64,000 nucleotides of DNA from Bdellovibrionia bacterium (GTDB lineage: Bacteria; Bdellovibrionota; Bdellovibrionia; Bdellovibrionales; JAGQZY01): assembly GCA_030424715.1 (NCBI GenBank), contig JAUHWH010000002.1, positions 147,080-211,079 on the forward strand, written 5' to 3'. The notes below the pieces were generated by a model, which saw only the letters and a list, made by a program, of their open reading frames with translations, ran no database searches and was not told the origin of the DNA. Of this stretch, positions 55,761 through 64,000 are shown piece after piece (position 1 is the stretch's first letter; every line of letters starts with the position of its first letter). A program made the position numbers and the translations under genes.

Positions 55761-57269
55761 ATGAAATCATGGAAAGTCATCCAAAGCGCCGTCAGCATGC
55801 TTGCTGTCATCGGCCTACTCGCTGCCTGTACCGATCGCGATCTACTCAGGGACGACAGTAAATCTTCAAACTCCGGAGTGGTCGATGCTCGACAGGTGAT
55901 CGATGATCCCGACTTATCGAAAATTGAGAAATCAAACAAGTTGGTATCGGTCGGTGAACAACTTTTTACACCCGAATCTTTCTTTTTGAGCGCACCGGTT
56001 TTCGACGCCGCCCTGGAACAGAACTCCAATAATTCCGCAGCTCTCTTTTATAGCGCCATTCTAAAACCCATGATGAATATGCGTGGAATCATGGCTCGAA
56101 TCGAACCTCTTATGAAAAAAGATCCTTCTCGTTATAACAGTTATAAGCGAGCCCTCGATAATAAGAACTTTACTATCCTTAAAAAAGACCTCGGATTAAG
56201 GGGTTACTACAATGAGACCCTTGAAATCCCAGGTGAGTTTCTTGCCGACGGTGAAAACTTGCCCCTTATTACTTCGGAAAACGAACTGCTCGACTTTGTG
56301 TATGAGCAAGTGAGTGCCTATGATGAATTGCGACAGTTTTTTAACGCCAACAAAGAACTGAGCTTTACCACTAAGATCTCAGAACGCTGGTACAGTGACC
56401 GTGCTGGAAGCCGTAAGAATGTATGTCGTTACACCAAGATTCATGACTTGGCCGTGCAAATTGATTGCGAAGAGAATCCAAAGTTCATGGAAGTAAAAAT
56501 AGACCGTGGCGAAGTGGTTGTCTTTAAATCGGCCGCTGCGGGACTAGCCATCATTCACACGATCTCATCGGCTTACGACCTCACGGGAATGCAAAAAGTG
56601 ATCGCCAAGTTGCGGGGCAAGTCCATGGCCTCAGAGCAATTTCTTATCGAGAGCACTTTGAACCAAAATGACCAGATTGCCACTCTGCGAGATCAGCAGT
56701 CTTTAAAAACAGTTCTAGCAATGGGGGTCGACGGAATGCTCGGTGCTCGCTGGGTAAAAGACAACCAAGAAACGCTTTGTCCCCCTCCAGTGGAAGGATC
56801 GGCTTTTGTAAAAGATGGTTTTCAAATGAATCGAATGACTCAAAAAATGGAACAAGGGAAAAAGCATCTTTTGAGAGAAGGACATCTCTTTGATGAAGGC
56901 ATCTGTACCCATCGCTTGGACCCTCGAAGAAACCGATCGCAACTGGAAAAACTTTTCGACACCATTGATTTAGCCCTCACTGGTGGCATTATCACTATCT
57001 CGGGTGAGAAGGTGGCTCGCATGGACCGAGGTCAGACAATGTCCACGGGCGAAAAGGCCACTGCTGAAGTCAAACCAGCGGTTCTTTTTAATAGTCCCAT
57101 TCAAGATCTACGGGATATCCGGCCCACGAACTACAACGCCTGCGGCAACATAAAAGCTCTTTCTGACAGCAGCCTTGGTGGCGTGTTTGTTAATGACGAC
57201 GCCCAAAGCTATCTCTACGACATAAACCACATTGGGCAAGACGATGGCTTTTGTGAAGTGGAGTTATGA
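55761..57269 (+). CDS. Hypothetical lipoprotein (about 500 aa)
   Basis: The ATG at 55761 is preceded by AAAAGGAG. Signal plus lipobox MKSWKVIQSAVSMLAVIGLLAAC. Several Cys in the mature part. No recognisable domain. Confidence 0.6.
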   Translation: MKSWKVIQSAVSMLAVIGLLAACTDRDLLRDDSKSSNSGVVDARQVIDDPDLSKIEKSNKLVSVGEQLFTPESFFLSAPVFDAALEQNSNNSAALFYSAILKPMMNMRGIMARIEPLMKKDPSRYNSYKRALDNKNFTILKKDLGLRGYYNETLEIPGEFLADGENLPLITSENELLDFVYEQVSAYDELRQFFNANKELSFTTKISERWYSDRAGSRKNVCRYTKIHDLAVQIDCEENPKFMEVKIDRGEVVVFKSAAAGLAIIHTISSAYDLTGMQKVIAKLRGKSMASEQFLIESTLNQNDQIATLRDQQSLKTVLAMGVDGMLGARWVKDNQETLCPPPVEGSAFVKDGFQMNRMTQKMEQGKKHLLREGHLFDEGICTHRLDPRRNRSQLEKLFDTIDLALTGGIITISGEKVARMDRGQTMSTGEKATAEVKPAVLFNSPIQDLRDIRPTNYNACGNIKALSDSSLGGVFVNDDAQSYLYDINHIGQDDGFCEVEL

Positions 57270-57649
57270 TCGACAAGACTAGTTCTTTTAAACAGACACC
57301 GACGAAGCTGGCACTGCTGCTAGCTTCGTTTTGCTTTTTCACCGCACACTTTGCCATGGCCTCTAACGAAACCATGGCCGATGTCGAGATCTACAACTGC
57401 GAGAAAGACTTTTGCGTTAAACTCGTCGCCCCTCAACTCTACAAGTCTTCAATGGGGCATCAATACGCTTTTGGTCCATCCCAGCTGTCAGTCATCACAA
57501 AACACAAACTTGTTAAAAGCGAATTCCAAGACTTTGAAGGCAGTTTTGATCCTCGAGATGGACGCTTCTACTTGTCTAAAAAAGCATCTCCCATTGGTTA
57601 TGTTATCGACACCAAGGTCCAGCAAATCTACCGTTTCCCGCCTCTTTAG
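57266..57649 (+). CDS. Small secreted hypothetical protein
   Basis: 127 aa. ATGA overlap with the preceding lipoprotein gene. Signal-like KLALLLASFCFFTAHFAMA. Confidence 0.55.
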   Translation: MIDKTSSFKQTPTKLALLLASFCFFTAHFAMASNETMADVEIYNCEKDFCVKLVAPQLYKSSMGHQYAFGPSQLSVITKHKLVKSEFQDFEGSFDPRDGRFYLSKKASPIGYVIDTKVQQIYRFPPL

Positions 57650-57711
57650 TCTAGATCCCCCGGTCTTACAGCGCTTTTGCTAAAAGTCCCTTCCGAACAG
57701 CCGATAAGAAC

Positions 57712-59403
57712 ATGATGTCGAACGCAAATTTTCCATGGCTCAAAGCATTGGGCCACACTATTGATGATTTTAAAGCCATGCCCGAAGGTGAAGATATTTT
57801 ACTTTGGGGGCTAAAAAATAAAATCGTCAATGAAACAAACTATCTAGAGTGGGCTTCTTCTTTTTACAGTGTCCCACTGATCAAGCCCGAGTTCTTCTCA
57901 ATGGCCGTGGACTTCACTCTTCTTGCAAAATACCCGGAGCTCTATCAGTGGTCAGCCCAGTGCTACCCTGTCTACGAGTGGGAAGACACACTCTTTATCG
58001 CCTGTATCTCCCCCCCGAATCAATCGATCAGTAAAAAAACCTGTTTGGTGATGGCGCCGTTAGAACCTTTGGAAAAGGCTTGGCTTAAAAACCTCGATGC
58101 AAAAGGCAGCGCTGTGGTACCGTCATATGCACCCGGCAATACAGTGATCACAACACAAATGTCAGAAGCTTCCATGGTCCAAACTGAAGAACCAGTTGAA
58201 ACACCAAAGGAACAATCCCCCCGAGAAAGTGTGACTACTGTCGACTTCAGCTCTCTCGTCGACGATGCCGAGGCTTCTCCTGAGCCCACTGTAAACCTTG
58301 GTCAAGAATCTCCGTTCGAAAAGCATCAGGACATGACCCCAGAAGCTTCTGCGGTCGAAGGCTTCATCAAAGAACCTTTAAATGAAATCGATTTTAGTGC
58401 ACCCACTTTAGAGGGAGATCAACAGCCCATAGTGAGTGACGACAAGACAGCCGTGACAGCGACTTCGGCGGCGTCAGTGCCCATTGAAAAAGAGGCTGAC
58501 TCCCCCGACAAGCCCGAGGTGATCGCATTGGGCCCCTCTGAGGAAAAACAAGGCACCCCCTCTGCTCCAGACAGCATCCAAGAACCAGCAGTAGAGCCCG
58601 CAACATCGGCATCTGCTTCTTCGACTGACGATGTTCTACCCCCCCTTGATGACCTCAAAGCTTTACAAGTTGAAGACCCACAGTCAGCCCCGGGCCTCGA
58701 GCCGCCTGTGGCAGAGCAAGAGGAAGTGTCAACCGTTGCTGAATCTTTTGCGGATGACTACACCCCAGTCCCTATCGTGACCAAAGAACAGCAAGAAGCA
58801 CAAGAGCGTCGGCGACAAGAAGCGCTCCAAAAGAAAATCAGTGCGAAACAAACGGAAAGTACGATCACCGATCATGCTCAGCCGATCCACACGCCTCCAG
58901 AAAATCAGATCACAGCAGAGGACTTTAAGGCCGCTGAAACCATCGAAAACGCCGACACAATGAAACTTGTTATCGCACACCTTTTTAGTCACTTAAAACG
59001 AGACTATAAACAACTGATGTGGGTCGAGAAAAATAATGAATCGCTGTTTTTCCCAAAATACGTTTACGGCCCATGGAACATGACGAGCTTGGCCTGGCGT
59101 ATGCACGTGAACATTAACAACCCCAATATATTCCGGATTGCTTTTAAGTCAGAATCTCCTTTTCATGGTGTCGTCTATATCAATCCCTACAACGAAAAAT
59201 ATTTCGAATGGTGGAATGAAGGGGTCTGTCCCGACTATGCCACAGTCTATCCCATCATTATCGACGAAAAAATTATTGGCTTTATCACTGGCTTTAACAA
59301 AAACGAGCAATTCGATGAGGTGGCGAGCCTCAAAAAGATCGAGAATCTTGTCGCTCTTTGCAAAAAAAACATGGAATCTTTGCAAGGTTCCAAAGCCGCT
59401 TAG
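57712..59403 (+). CDS. Hypothetical protein: T2SSE_N/MshEN-like N-terminal domain, ~250-aa acidic Pro/Glu/Ser-rich disordered linker, GAF-like C-terminal domain
   Basis: 563 aa. The N-terminal LLWGLKNKIVNETNYLEWASSFYSVPLI...LFIACISPP resembles GspE-N type domains. The centre is low complexity (EPVETPKEQSPRE...EPAVEPATSASASS...). The C-terminal ~170 aa has an alpha/beta GAF-like pattern. Domain calls are by eye only. Confidence 0.5.
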   Translation: MMSNANFPWLKALGHTIDDFKAMPEGEDILLWGLKNKIVNETNYLEWASSFYSVPLIKPEFFSMAVDFTLLAKYPELYQWSAQCYPVYEWEDTLFIACISPPNQSISKKTCLVMAPLEPLEKAWLKNLDAKGSAVVPSYAPGNTVITTQMSEASMVQTEEPVETPKEQSPRESVTTVDFSSLVDDAEASPEPTVNLGQESPFEKHQDMTPEASAVEGFIKEPLNEIDFSAPTLEGDQQPIVSDDKTAVTATSAASVPIEKEADSPDKPEVIALGPSEEKQGTPSAPDSIQEPAVEPATSASASSTDDVLPPLDDLKALQVEDPQSAPGLEPPVAEQEEVSTVAESFADDYTPVPIVTKEQQEAQERRRQEALQKKISAKQTESTITDHAQPIHTPPENQITAEDFKAAETIENADTMKLVIAHLFSHLKRDYKQLMWVEKNNESLFFPKYVYGPWNMTSLAWRMHVNINNPNIFRIAFKSESPFHGVVYINPYNEKYFEWWNEGVCPDYATVYPIIIDEKIIGFITGFNKNEQFDEVASLKKIENLVALCKKNMESLQGSKAA

Positions 59404-59864
59404 ACTTTTCCTTTAAAACTGTTGGAACTCAGCAGCCTGTAGTCTCTTGACATGAGGTCGTCGGACTTTGAGATATTGATATCAAGGCGGGGCCAGTGTA
59501 AGGGCCATGACTCTAAAGAAATACGCTCTGCCCATTCCACAAAAATCAGAGCTTTGTCGTTTTCAAAGAGGTCCCAAAAACCAATACTCTCTAGATCGTC
59601 GGCATCCTCGATCCGATAAAGATCAACATGAAAAACCAAGGGCACTTTCGGTGTTACATAGCGATGGATCATGGAATAAGTGGGTGAACTTGCTTCATCA
59701 TGCCCAAGCACCTGCAAAGTCTTTTTCACCAAGGCTGTTTTACCGGCGCCCAAGGGGCCGTTCAATAGAATCAGCTGTTGAGGGGCCAAGTCTTCAACCC
59801 ATTGCTGGATCCAAGGTTCCAGCTGCTCAAAGGAAAGCTTTGTTGCTGTTTGCGAGAGAGTCAC
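59400..59864 (-). CDS. tsaE: tRNA t6A37 biosynthesis ATPase TsaE (YjeE)
   Basis: 154 aa. P-loop LNGPLGAGKTALVK, SPTYSMIHRY and HVDLYR, typical of TsaE. GTG start. Confidence 0.9.
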   Translation of the reverse strand: MTLSQTATKLSFEQLEPWIQQWVEDLAPQQLILLNGPLGAGKTALVKKTLQVLGHDEASSPTYSMIHRYVTPKVPLVFHVDLYRIEDADDLESIGFWDLFENDKALIFVEWAERISLESWPLHWPRLDINISKSDDLMSRDYRLLSSNSFKGKV

Positions 59865-59878
59865 TGGTTGGGGGCCAA

Positions 59879-61240
59879 TCAGTTTAGGTTCTTCTCAAGA
59901 AATGAAGCCATCTCTTGAGCGTACTCGGTAATCTGTCTCTTATCAGGCCCCTCAACTAAGACACGCGCCAAATTCTCGGTGCCAGAAAAACGCACCAGAA
60001 TTCGCCCCTGCCCCTTTAATTGTTTTTCAATTTTATTTTTTAAATCGGAAAAACCCGGCAACTCATTGAGATCTGTTTTACTTTTTATTTTGGTATTGAT
60101 TAAAATCTGGGGCACCTCTTTGATAATATCATTCAGGGCACTGAGCTTTTTACCCGAGCCTTTCATCACAGCAATGACATTAAGAGCAGCTACACAGCCG
60201 TCCCCCGTGGTTGAATGCTCTAGAAAAATAATATGGCCAGACTGCTCGCCCCCCAGGGTGTAGCCGTATTTGCGCATCTCTTGCACCACATATTTGTCAC
60301 CAACATCGGTTCGCACCACCTGAATCCCATGCTCGCCCATCACCTTGTCTAAGGCGAAGTTACTCATATGGGTGGCGACAACCGTGTTTTTTGGCAGCTT
60401 CCCGAGCTCTTTAAGATGAATGGCGGCCATGGCAAGGATATGATCCCCATTGACCACTCGCCCTTTTTCATCGGCCATGATCACGCGATCGGCGTCGCCA
60501 TCCAGGCTAATACCGAGATCGGCACGGTATTTCTTTACTGCTTCTGTCATTTTCACCGGGTACAAAGCACCCGACTTATCATTGACATTGAACCCGTTGG
60601 GTTGGTTGCCTAAGATGATCACTTCGGCCCCAAGCTCTTCGAACACCGCCGGCGCCACCTTGTAGGCTGCTCCATTAGCGCAATCTAAGACCACTCTTAA
60701 GCCCTCGAGGTTGTACTCCAGCGGAAAGGTATTTTTGATGTCCACGATGTATCGGCCGGCGGCATCTTCTATTCTCTTCGTCCGCCCCACAGAGGAACCG
60801 TCGGCTAAAAGAGGTTCCAAATCGGTGTCGAGCACCAGACGTTCTATTTCGTCTTCAATGGATGATGATATCTTAAAACCATCAGAACCAAATATCTTTA
60901 TGCCATTATCGTGAAAGGGATTGTGGGAAGCCGAAATAACGATACCAGCATCGGCACGCATGTTACGGGCCAAAAACCCAATACCCGGTGTCGGAAGGGG
61001 GCCCACCAATTGAACATGAACCCCCATGGAGTTCAAGCCACTGGTGAGAGCTTGCTCGACCATATAGCCGGAAAGCCGAGTGTCTTTGCCGATCACCACT
61101 TTCGGATGATGGTTGCGCACAGGGTCCTTCATAATGAGATGGCCCAATGCCTGCCCCACTTTAAGGATGATCCCCGGGGTCATTGGGTAAGTGTTTGCGG
61201 TGGCTCGAATACCGTCGGTTCCAAATAAACGCTTTGCCAT
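59879..61240 (-). CDS. glmM: Phosphoglucosamine mutase GlmM
   Basis: FGTDGIRATAN, active-site ISASHNPFHDNGIK, DGDADR and GGEQSGH. Confidence 0.95.
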   Translation of the reverse strand: MAKRLFGTDGIRATANTYPMTPGIILKVGQALGHLIMKDPVRNHHPKVVIGKDTRLSGYMVEQALTSGLNSMGVHVQLVGPLPTPGIGFLARNMRADAGIVISASHNPFHDNGIKIFGSDGFKISSSIEDEIERLVLDTDLEPLLADGSSVGRTKRIEDAAGRYIVDIKNTFPLEYNLEGLRVVLDCANGAAYKVAPAVFEELGAEVIILGNQPNGFNVNDKSGALYPVKMTEAVKKYRADLGISLDGDADRVIMADEKGRVVNGDHILAMAAIHLKELGKLPKNTVVATHMSNFALDKVMGEHGIQVVRTDVGDKYVVQEMRKYGYTLGGEQSGHIIFLEHSTTGDGCVAALNVIAVMKGSGKKLSALNDIIKEVPQILINTKIKSKTDLNELPGFSDLKNKIEKQLKGQGRILVRFSGTENLARVLVEGPDKRQITEYAQEMASFLEKNLN

Positions 61241-61264
61241 AACTACATCACTCTTTCAACGGCC

Positions 61265-63250
61265 CTAAGCCGTGACAGGGTCGCCCATTCCACCAGACAC
61301 TTTTTCGGCCTCTTCTTTTTCTTCATCGCGGGCGACTTTTTCCATCTCTTCTTTGGCCTTCACTTGCTCTTTTTCCATGGCTTCGGAACGGTCGTCATGA
61401 CGTTTCTTGAGATCCTCAAGACTCGAACCATTGACCAACATCGTAACGTCTTCACCATCAATGGTTTCAAACTCGAGGAGAGATTTGGAAATGTTATGGA
61501 GAATATCCACGTTATCTTCAAGAATTCTTTTCGCTCGGTTGTAACCTTCCATAATAATCCGATGCACTTCGTTGTCGATTTGCTCCGCTTTTGAGTCTGA
61601 ATACTCTTTGGTATTGCTTGACTGCATGCCTAAATAAACGGGGCCATCGTTTTTCTCGTAAGCCAGAGGGCCGAGCTTCTCGCTCATACCCCACTCGCAG
61701 ACCATTTTTCGAGCGACATCCGTGGCGCGCTCAATATCGTTTCCCGCACCAGTGGTGTAGTCTTCAAAAATCATTTCTTCAGCAACACGGCCACCAAAAA
61801 GCATGGCAATCATGTTTTCCGCACTTTTCTTGGACATATTCAGGCGATCTTTCTCTGGCAGAAATTGCGTGAGCCCAAGAGCCATCCCGCGAGGAATAAT
61901 AGTGACCTTGTGGATCGGATCGGTGCCTTTTAGCATTTTCCCAACCAGAGCATGCCCGGCCTCATGATAGGCGGTAATTTTTTTATCTTCTTCGCTAATC
62001 ACCATGGACTTTCTTTCAGACCCCATGATGACTTTATCTTTAGCAAAGTCGAAATCACCCATGGTCACTTTGGAGTGCTCAAGACGTGCCGCACTCAAGG
62101 CCGCTTCGTTAACAAGATTGGCAAGGTCCGCCCCGGAAAAGCCCGGTGTTCCCTGCGCCACCTTTTTCAAGTTCACGTCGCTGGCCGTGGGAACTTTCTT
62201 TGCATGAACACTTAGAATCTTTTCACGTCCGCCCACGTCCGGCTTGTTGACAACCACCCGACGATCAAAACGCCCCGGGCGCAACAATGCCGGATCCAAA
62301 ACATCGGGACGGTTGGTCGCAGCAATAATGATCACACCTTCATTGCTCTCGAAACCATCCATCTCAACAAGCATTTGGTTTAAGGTTTGTTCTCTCTCAT
62401 CGTGACCACCACCCATGCCGGAACCACGGTGCCGACCGACAGCATCGATCTCATCAATAAAGATCAAACAAGGCGCGCTCCGCTTACCCTGCTCAAAGAG
62501 GTCACGGACACGACTGGCGCCGACACCTACGAACATCTCAACAAAATCAGAACCCGAGATCGTGAAAAAAGGAACTCCGGCCTCACCGGCCACGGCTCGC
62601 GCCAATAGGGTTTTACCCGTCCCCGGAGGCCCCACCAACAAAACCCCTTTCGGGATCTTACCGCCAAGGCGCGTGTACTTTTTGGAGTCTTTTAAGAAAT
62701 CGACCACCTCTGTGAGCTCTTCTTTGGCCTCATTGACTCCCGCCACGTCGGCAAACGTCACGGTGTTTTTGTTCTCCGTGAGAAGTTTGGCTTTCGATTT
62801 ACCAAAGGACATGGCTTTGCCGCCACCGACTTGCAGTTGACGCATTACAAATATAAACAGGCCAAAGATAATCAGGATGGGCAGATAGTTCATTAGAAAA
62901 ACCATCATGAACGAATTTTGTGCGTTGGATTCATACTTTGGAGTGAGGCCATTTTGCTCGAGCAATCGAGCCCCCTGCTCGCCGATGTTCCCCACAATGG
63001 TGAAGTCCTTGCCGCCGTACTCAGACTCAAACGGTTGTTTAATGGTACCGTGGATTTCTCCGATGTCGCTGCCTGACCCCACATCTTTGAACGTGATGCT
63101 GTCGACCTTTTGGGTTTCAATAGCGTTGCGAAACTTCGGGTAATCAAAATCGACGATCTGAGTCTTCTTGGTCTGCTCATATGCTTGAACCATTATGACC
63201 ACAACTATAATTGCGAGTGCCCAGAAGGCCATGGATCGAGATGCTTTCAT
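61265..63250 (-). CDS. ftsH: ATP-dependent zinc metalloprotease FtsH
   Basis: Walker [15 protein letters not shown] region [20 protein letters not shown] and Zn site HEAGHA. The ATG at 63250 is preceded by AGGAAG. Confidence 0.95.
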   Translation of the reverse strand: MKASRSMAFWALAIIVVVIMVQAYEQTKKTQIVDFDYPKFRNAIETQKVDSITFKDVGSGSDIGEIHGTIKQPFESEYGGKDFTIVGNIGEQGARLLEQNGLTPKYESNAQNSFMMVFLMNYLPILIIFGLFIFVMRQLQVGGGKAMSFGKSKAKLLTENKNTVTFADVAGVNEAKEELTEVVDFLKDSKKYTRLGGKIPKGVLLVGPPGTGKTLLARAVAGEAGVPFFTISGSDFVEMFVGVGASRVRDLFEQGKRSAPCLIFIDEIDAVGRHRGSGMGGGHDEREQTLNQMLVEMDGFESNEGVIIIAATNRPDVLDPALLRPGRFDRRVVVNKPDVGGREKILSVHAKKVPTASDVNLKKVAQGTPGFSGADLANLVNEAALSAARLEHSKVTMGDFDFAKDKVIMGSERKSMVISEEDKKITAYHEAGHALVGKMLKGTDPIHKVTIIPRGMALGLTQFLPEKDRLNMSKKSAENMIAMLFGGRVAEEMIFEDYTTGAGNDIERATDVARKMVCEWGMSEKLGPLAYEKNDGPVYLGMQSSNTKEYSDSKAEQIDNEVHRIIMEGYNRAKRILEDNVDILHNISKSLLEFETIDGEDVTMLVNGSSLEDLKKRHDDRSEAMEKEQVKAKEEMEKVARDEEKEEAEKVSGGMGDPVTA

Positions 63251-63308
63251 ATCACTTCCTTTAGTAAAGCCTTCATACAGTCTAACACTGTCTGGGAGAG
63301 GGCTCAAT

Positions 63309-64000
63309 TCAGCTGGGCTCTTGTACGCTCATTCGTCCTGCGTCAACAACCCAACGCCTGCCAAGCAGCCTAAAGGTGTGGCTTCTTTTCTCTGTGTCAA
63401 GGCGCTTCAAGATCTCATTCACATGGGAGAGACCGTAATCTTTTAGTCCCTGACTCTTCATATAAGTCGCAAGAACCTGCTTTTTCACCTCTCTATTGAG
63501 GGTCAAAAACTCCCCTAGAATGACCTGATCGTCCTGTAGCGCGCAAACTGGACCTTCTGACGGGTCGATATTCTCCACCAAGAGGTCGAAACTACGAGCC
63601 AATCCCTTGAGAGCCCCGGGCTGTCTCTGCTCCAGCTGCGGAAGCCAGACCGTCCTCACCCAGTTGCGCAAGAATTGTGCTTGATCATTACTGGGGTCCT
63701 CAAGCCATTGAAGCTCCTTATCAATTAAAAAGGCTTTCAGATTCTGACGGGACAAACCTAAAAGAGGTCGCAACACCGATCCATTCCACTCGACCATCGC
63801 TCTTAACCCGTCTGGGCCCGTTCCTCGAATCAGACGTAACAGGCGAGTCTCCAGTAAATCGTCTTGATGATGCCCCAATACCAGCAGATCGAGGGATTCA
63901 GCATCCATCACCTTTTGAAAGTACTGGTAACGTGCCTCACGCATCTGCGCTTCACTGTTCAAAGTCGTGGTAAAAGAGCCCAAGAAAGCCCCCTTGTCAG
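63309..64000 (-). CDS. tilS: tRNA(Ile)-lysidine synthase TilS, N-terminus beyond window end
   Basis: [23 protein letters not shown] is the TilS motif. The frame is open through position 64000, so the PP-loop N-terminus lies outside the window. Confidence 0.85.
   Translation of the reverse strand, partial: DKGAFLGSFTTTLNSEAQMREARYQYFQKVMDAESLDLLVLGHHQDDLLETRLLRLIRGTGPDGLRAMVEWNGSVLRPLLGLSRQNLKAFLIDKELQWLEDPSNDQAQFLRNWVRTVWLPQLEQRQPGALKGLARSFDLLVENIDPSEGPVCALQDDQVILGEFLTLNREVKKQVLATYMKSQGLKDYGLSHVNEILKRLDTEKRSHTFRLLGRRWVVDAGRMSVQEPS

Noticed and set aside
58160-58910. A long acidic, Pro-rich stretch that could suggest a repeat array.
   Set aside because: I found no exact nucleotide or peptide periodicity. 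It reads as a compositionally biased disordered linker within one ORF.
1-64000. Searched for tRNA/rRNA genes, CRISPR arrays, IS elements, integrases, phage genes, toxin-antitoxin pairs and known defence-system hallmarks.
   Set aside because: None recognised. The intergenic regions are short (mostly under 200 bp), and every large ORF is either housekeeping or one of the unknowns listed above.

Overview
This 64-kb window looks like dense, mostly core chromosome from a Gram-negative bacterium. Outer-membrane beta-barrel proteins, lipoproteins and the Mpl/LdcA murein-recycling genes support that. My impression is Bdellovibrio-like, about 50% GC, but that is not a demonstrated result. I found no rRNA, tRNA, CRISPR array, transposase or integrase.

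Recognisable blocks, in order:
- scpA (partial) plus an M50 protease.
- A short/branched-chain acyl-CoA block: a FadL-like OMP, acd, the hbd-crt-icmF operon and the fadA-fadB operon.
- maeB and hflX.
- An accessory-looking stretch at 19.2-26 kb: an atypical sigma-70-like protein, a Cys-rich secreted protein, a LytS/LytTR two-component pair, a thioesterase and a LuxR-type HTH protein with a low-complexity tail.
- glnD-like and mutS.
- A Kv-type K+ channel.
- A murein-recycling operon: ldcA, an SxxK hydrolase and mpl.
- A PAP2 phosphatase and a fatty acid desaturase.
- A large pur cluster: purM-purN and purB-C-S-Q-L-F.
- A tightly overlapped run: nifS-like, mnmA, mtaB-like, rnc, era and der.
- Three unknown genes at 55.8-59.4 kb.
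- tsaE, glmM, ftsH and tilS (partial).

The best candidates for something undescribed are:
- The 19.2-24.0 kb locus. It holds a sigma-like protein with a signal/anchor-like N-terminus and a 320-aa C-terminal extension, a Cys-rich secreted protein, and a structured leader with a 41-codon ORF abutting a LytS/LytTR pair.
- The 55.8-59.4 kb lipoprotein / small secreted protein / T2SSE_N-like-IDR-GAF-like cluster.
- A divergent RelA/SpoT-like protein at 10.6-11.7 kb.

All functional calls rest on motif recognition by eye. No database search was run.
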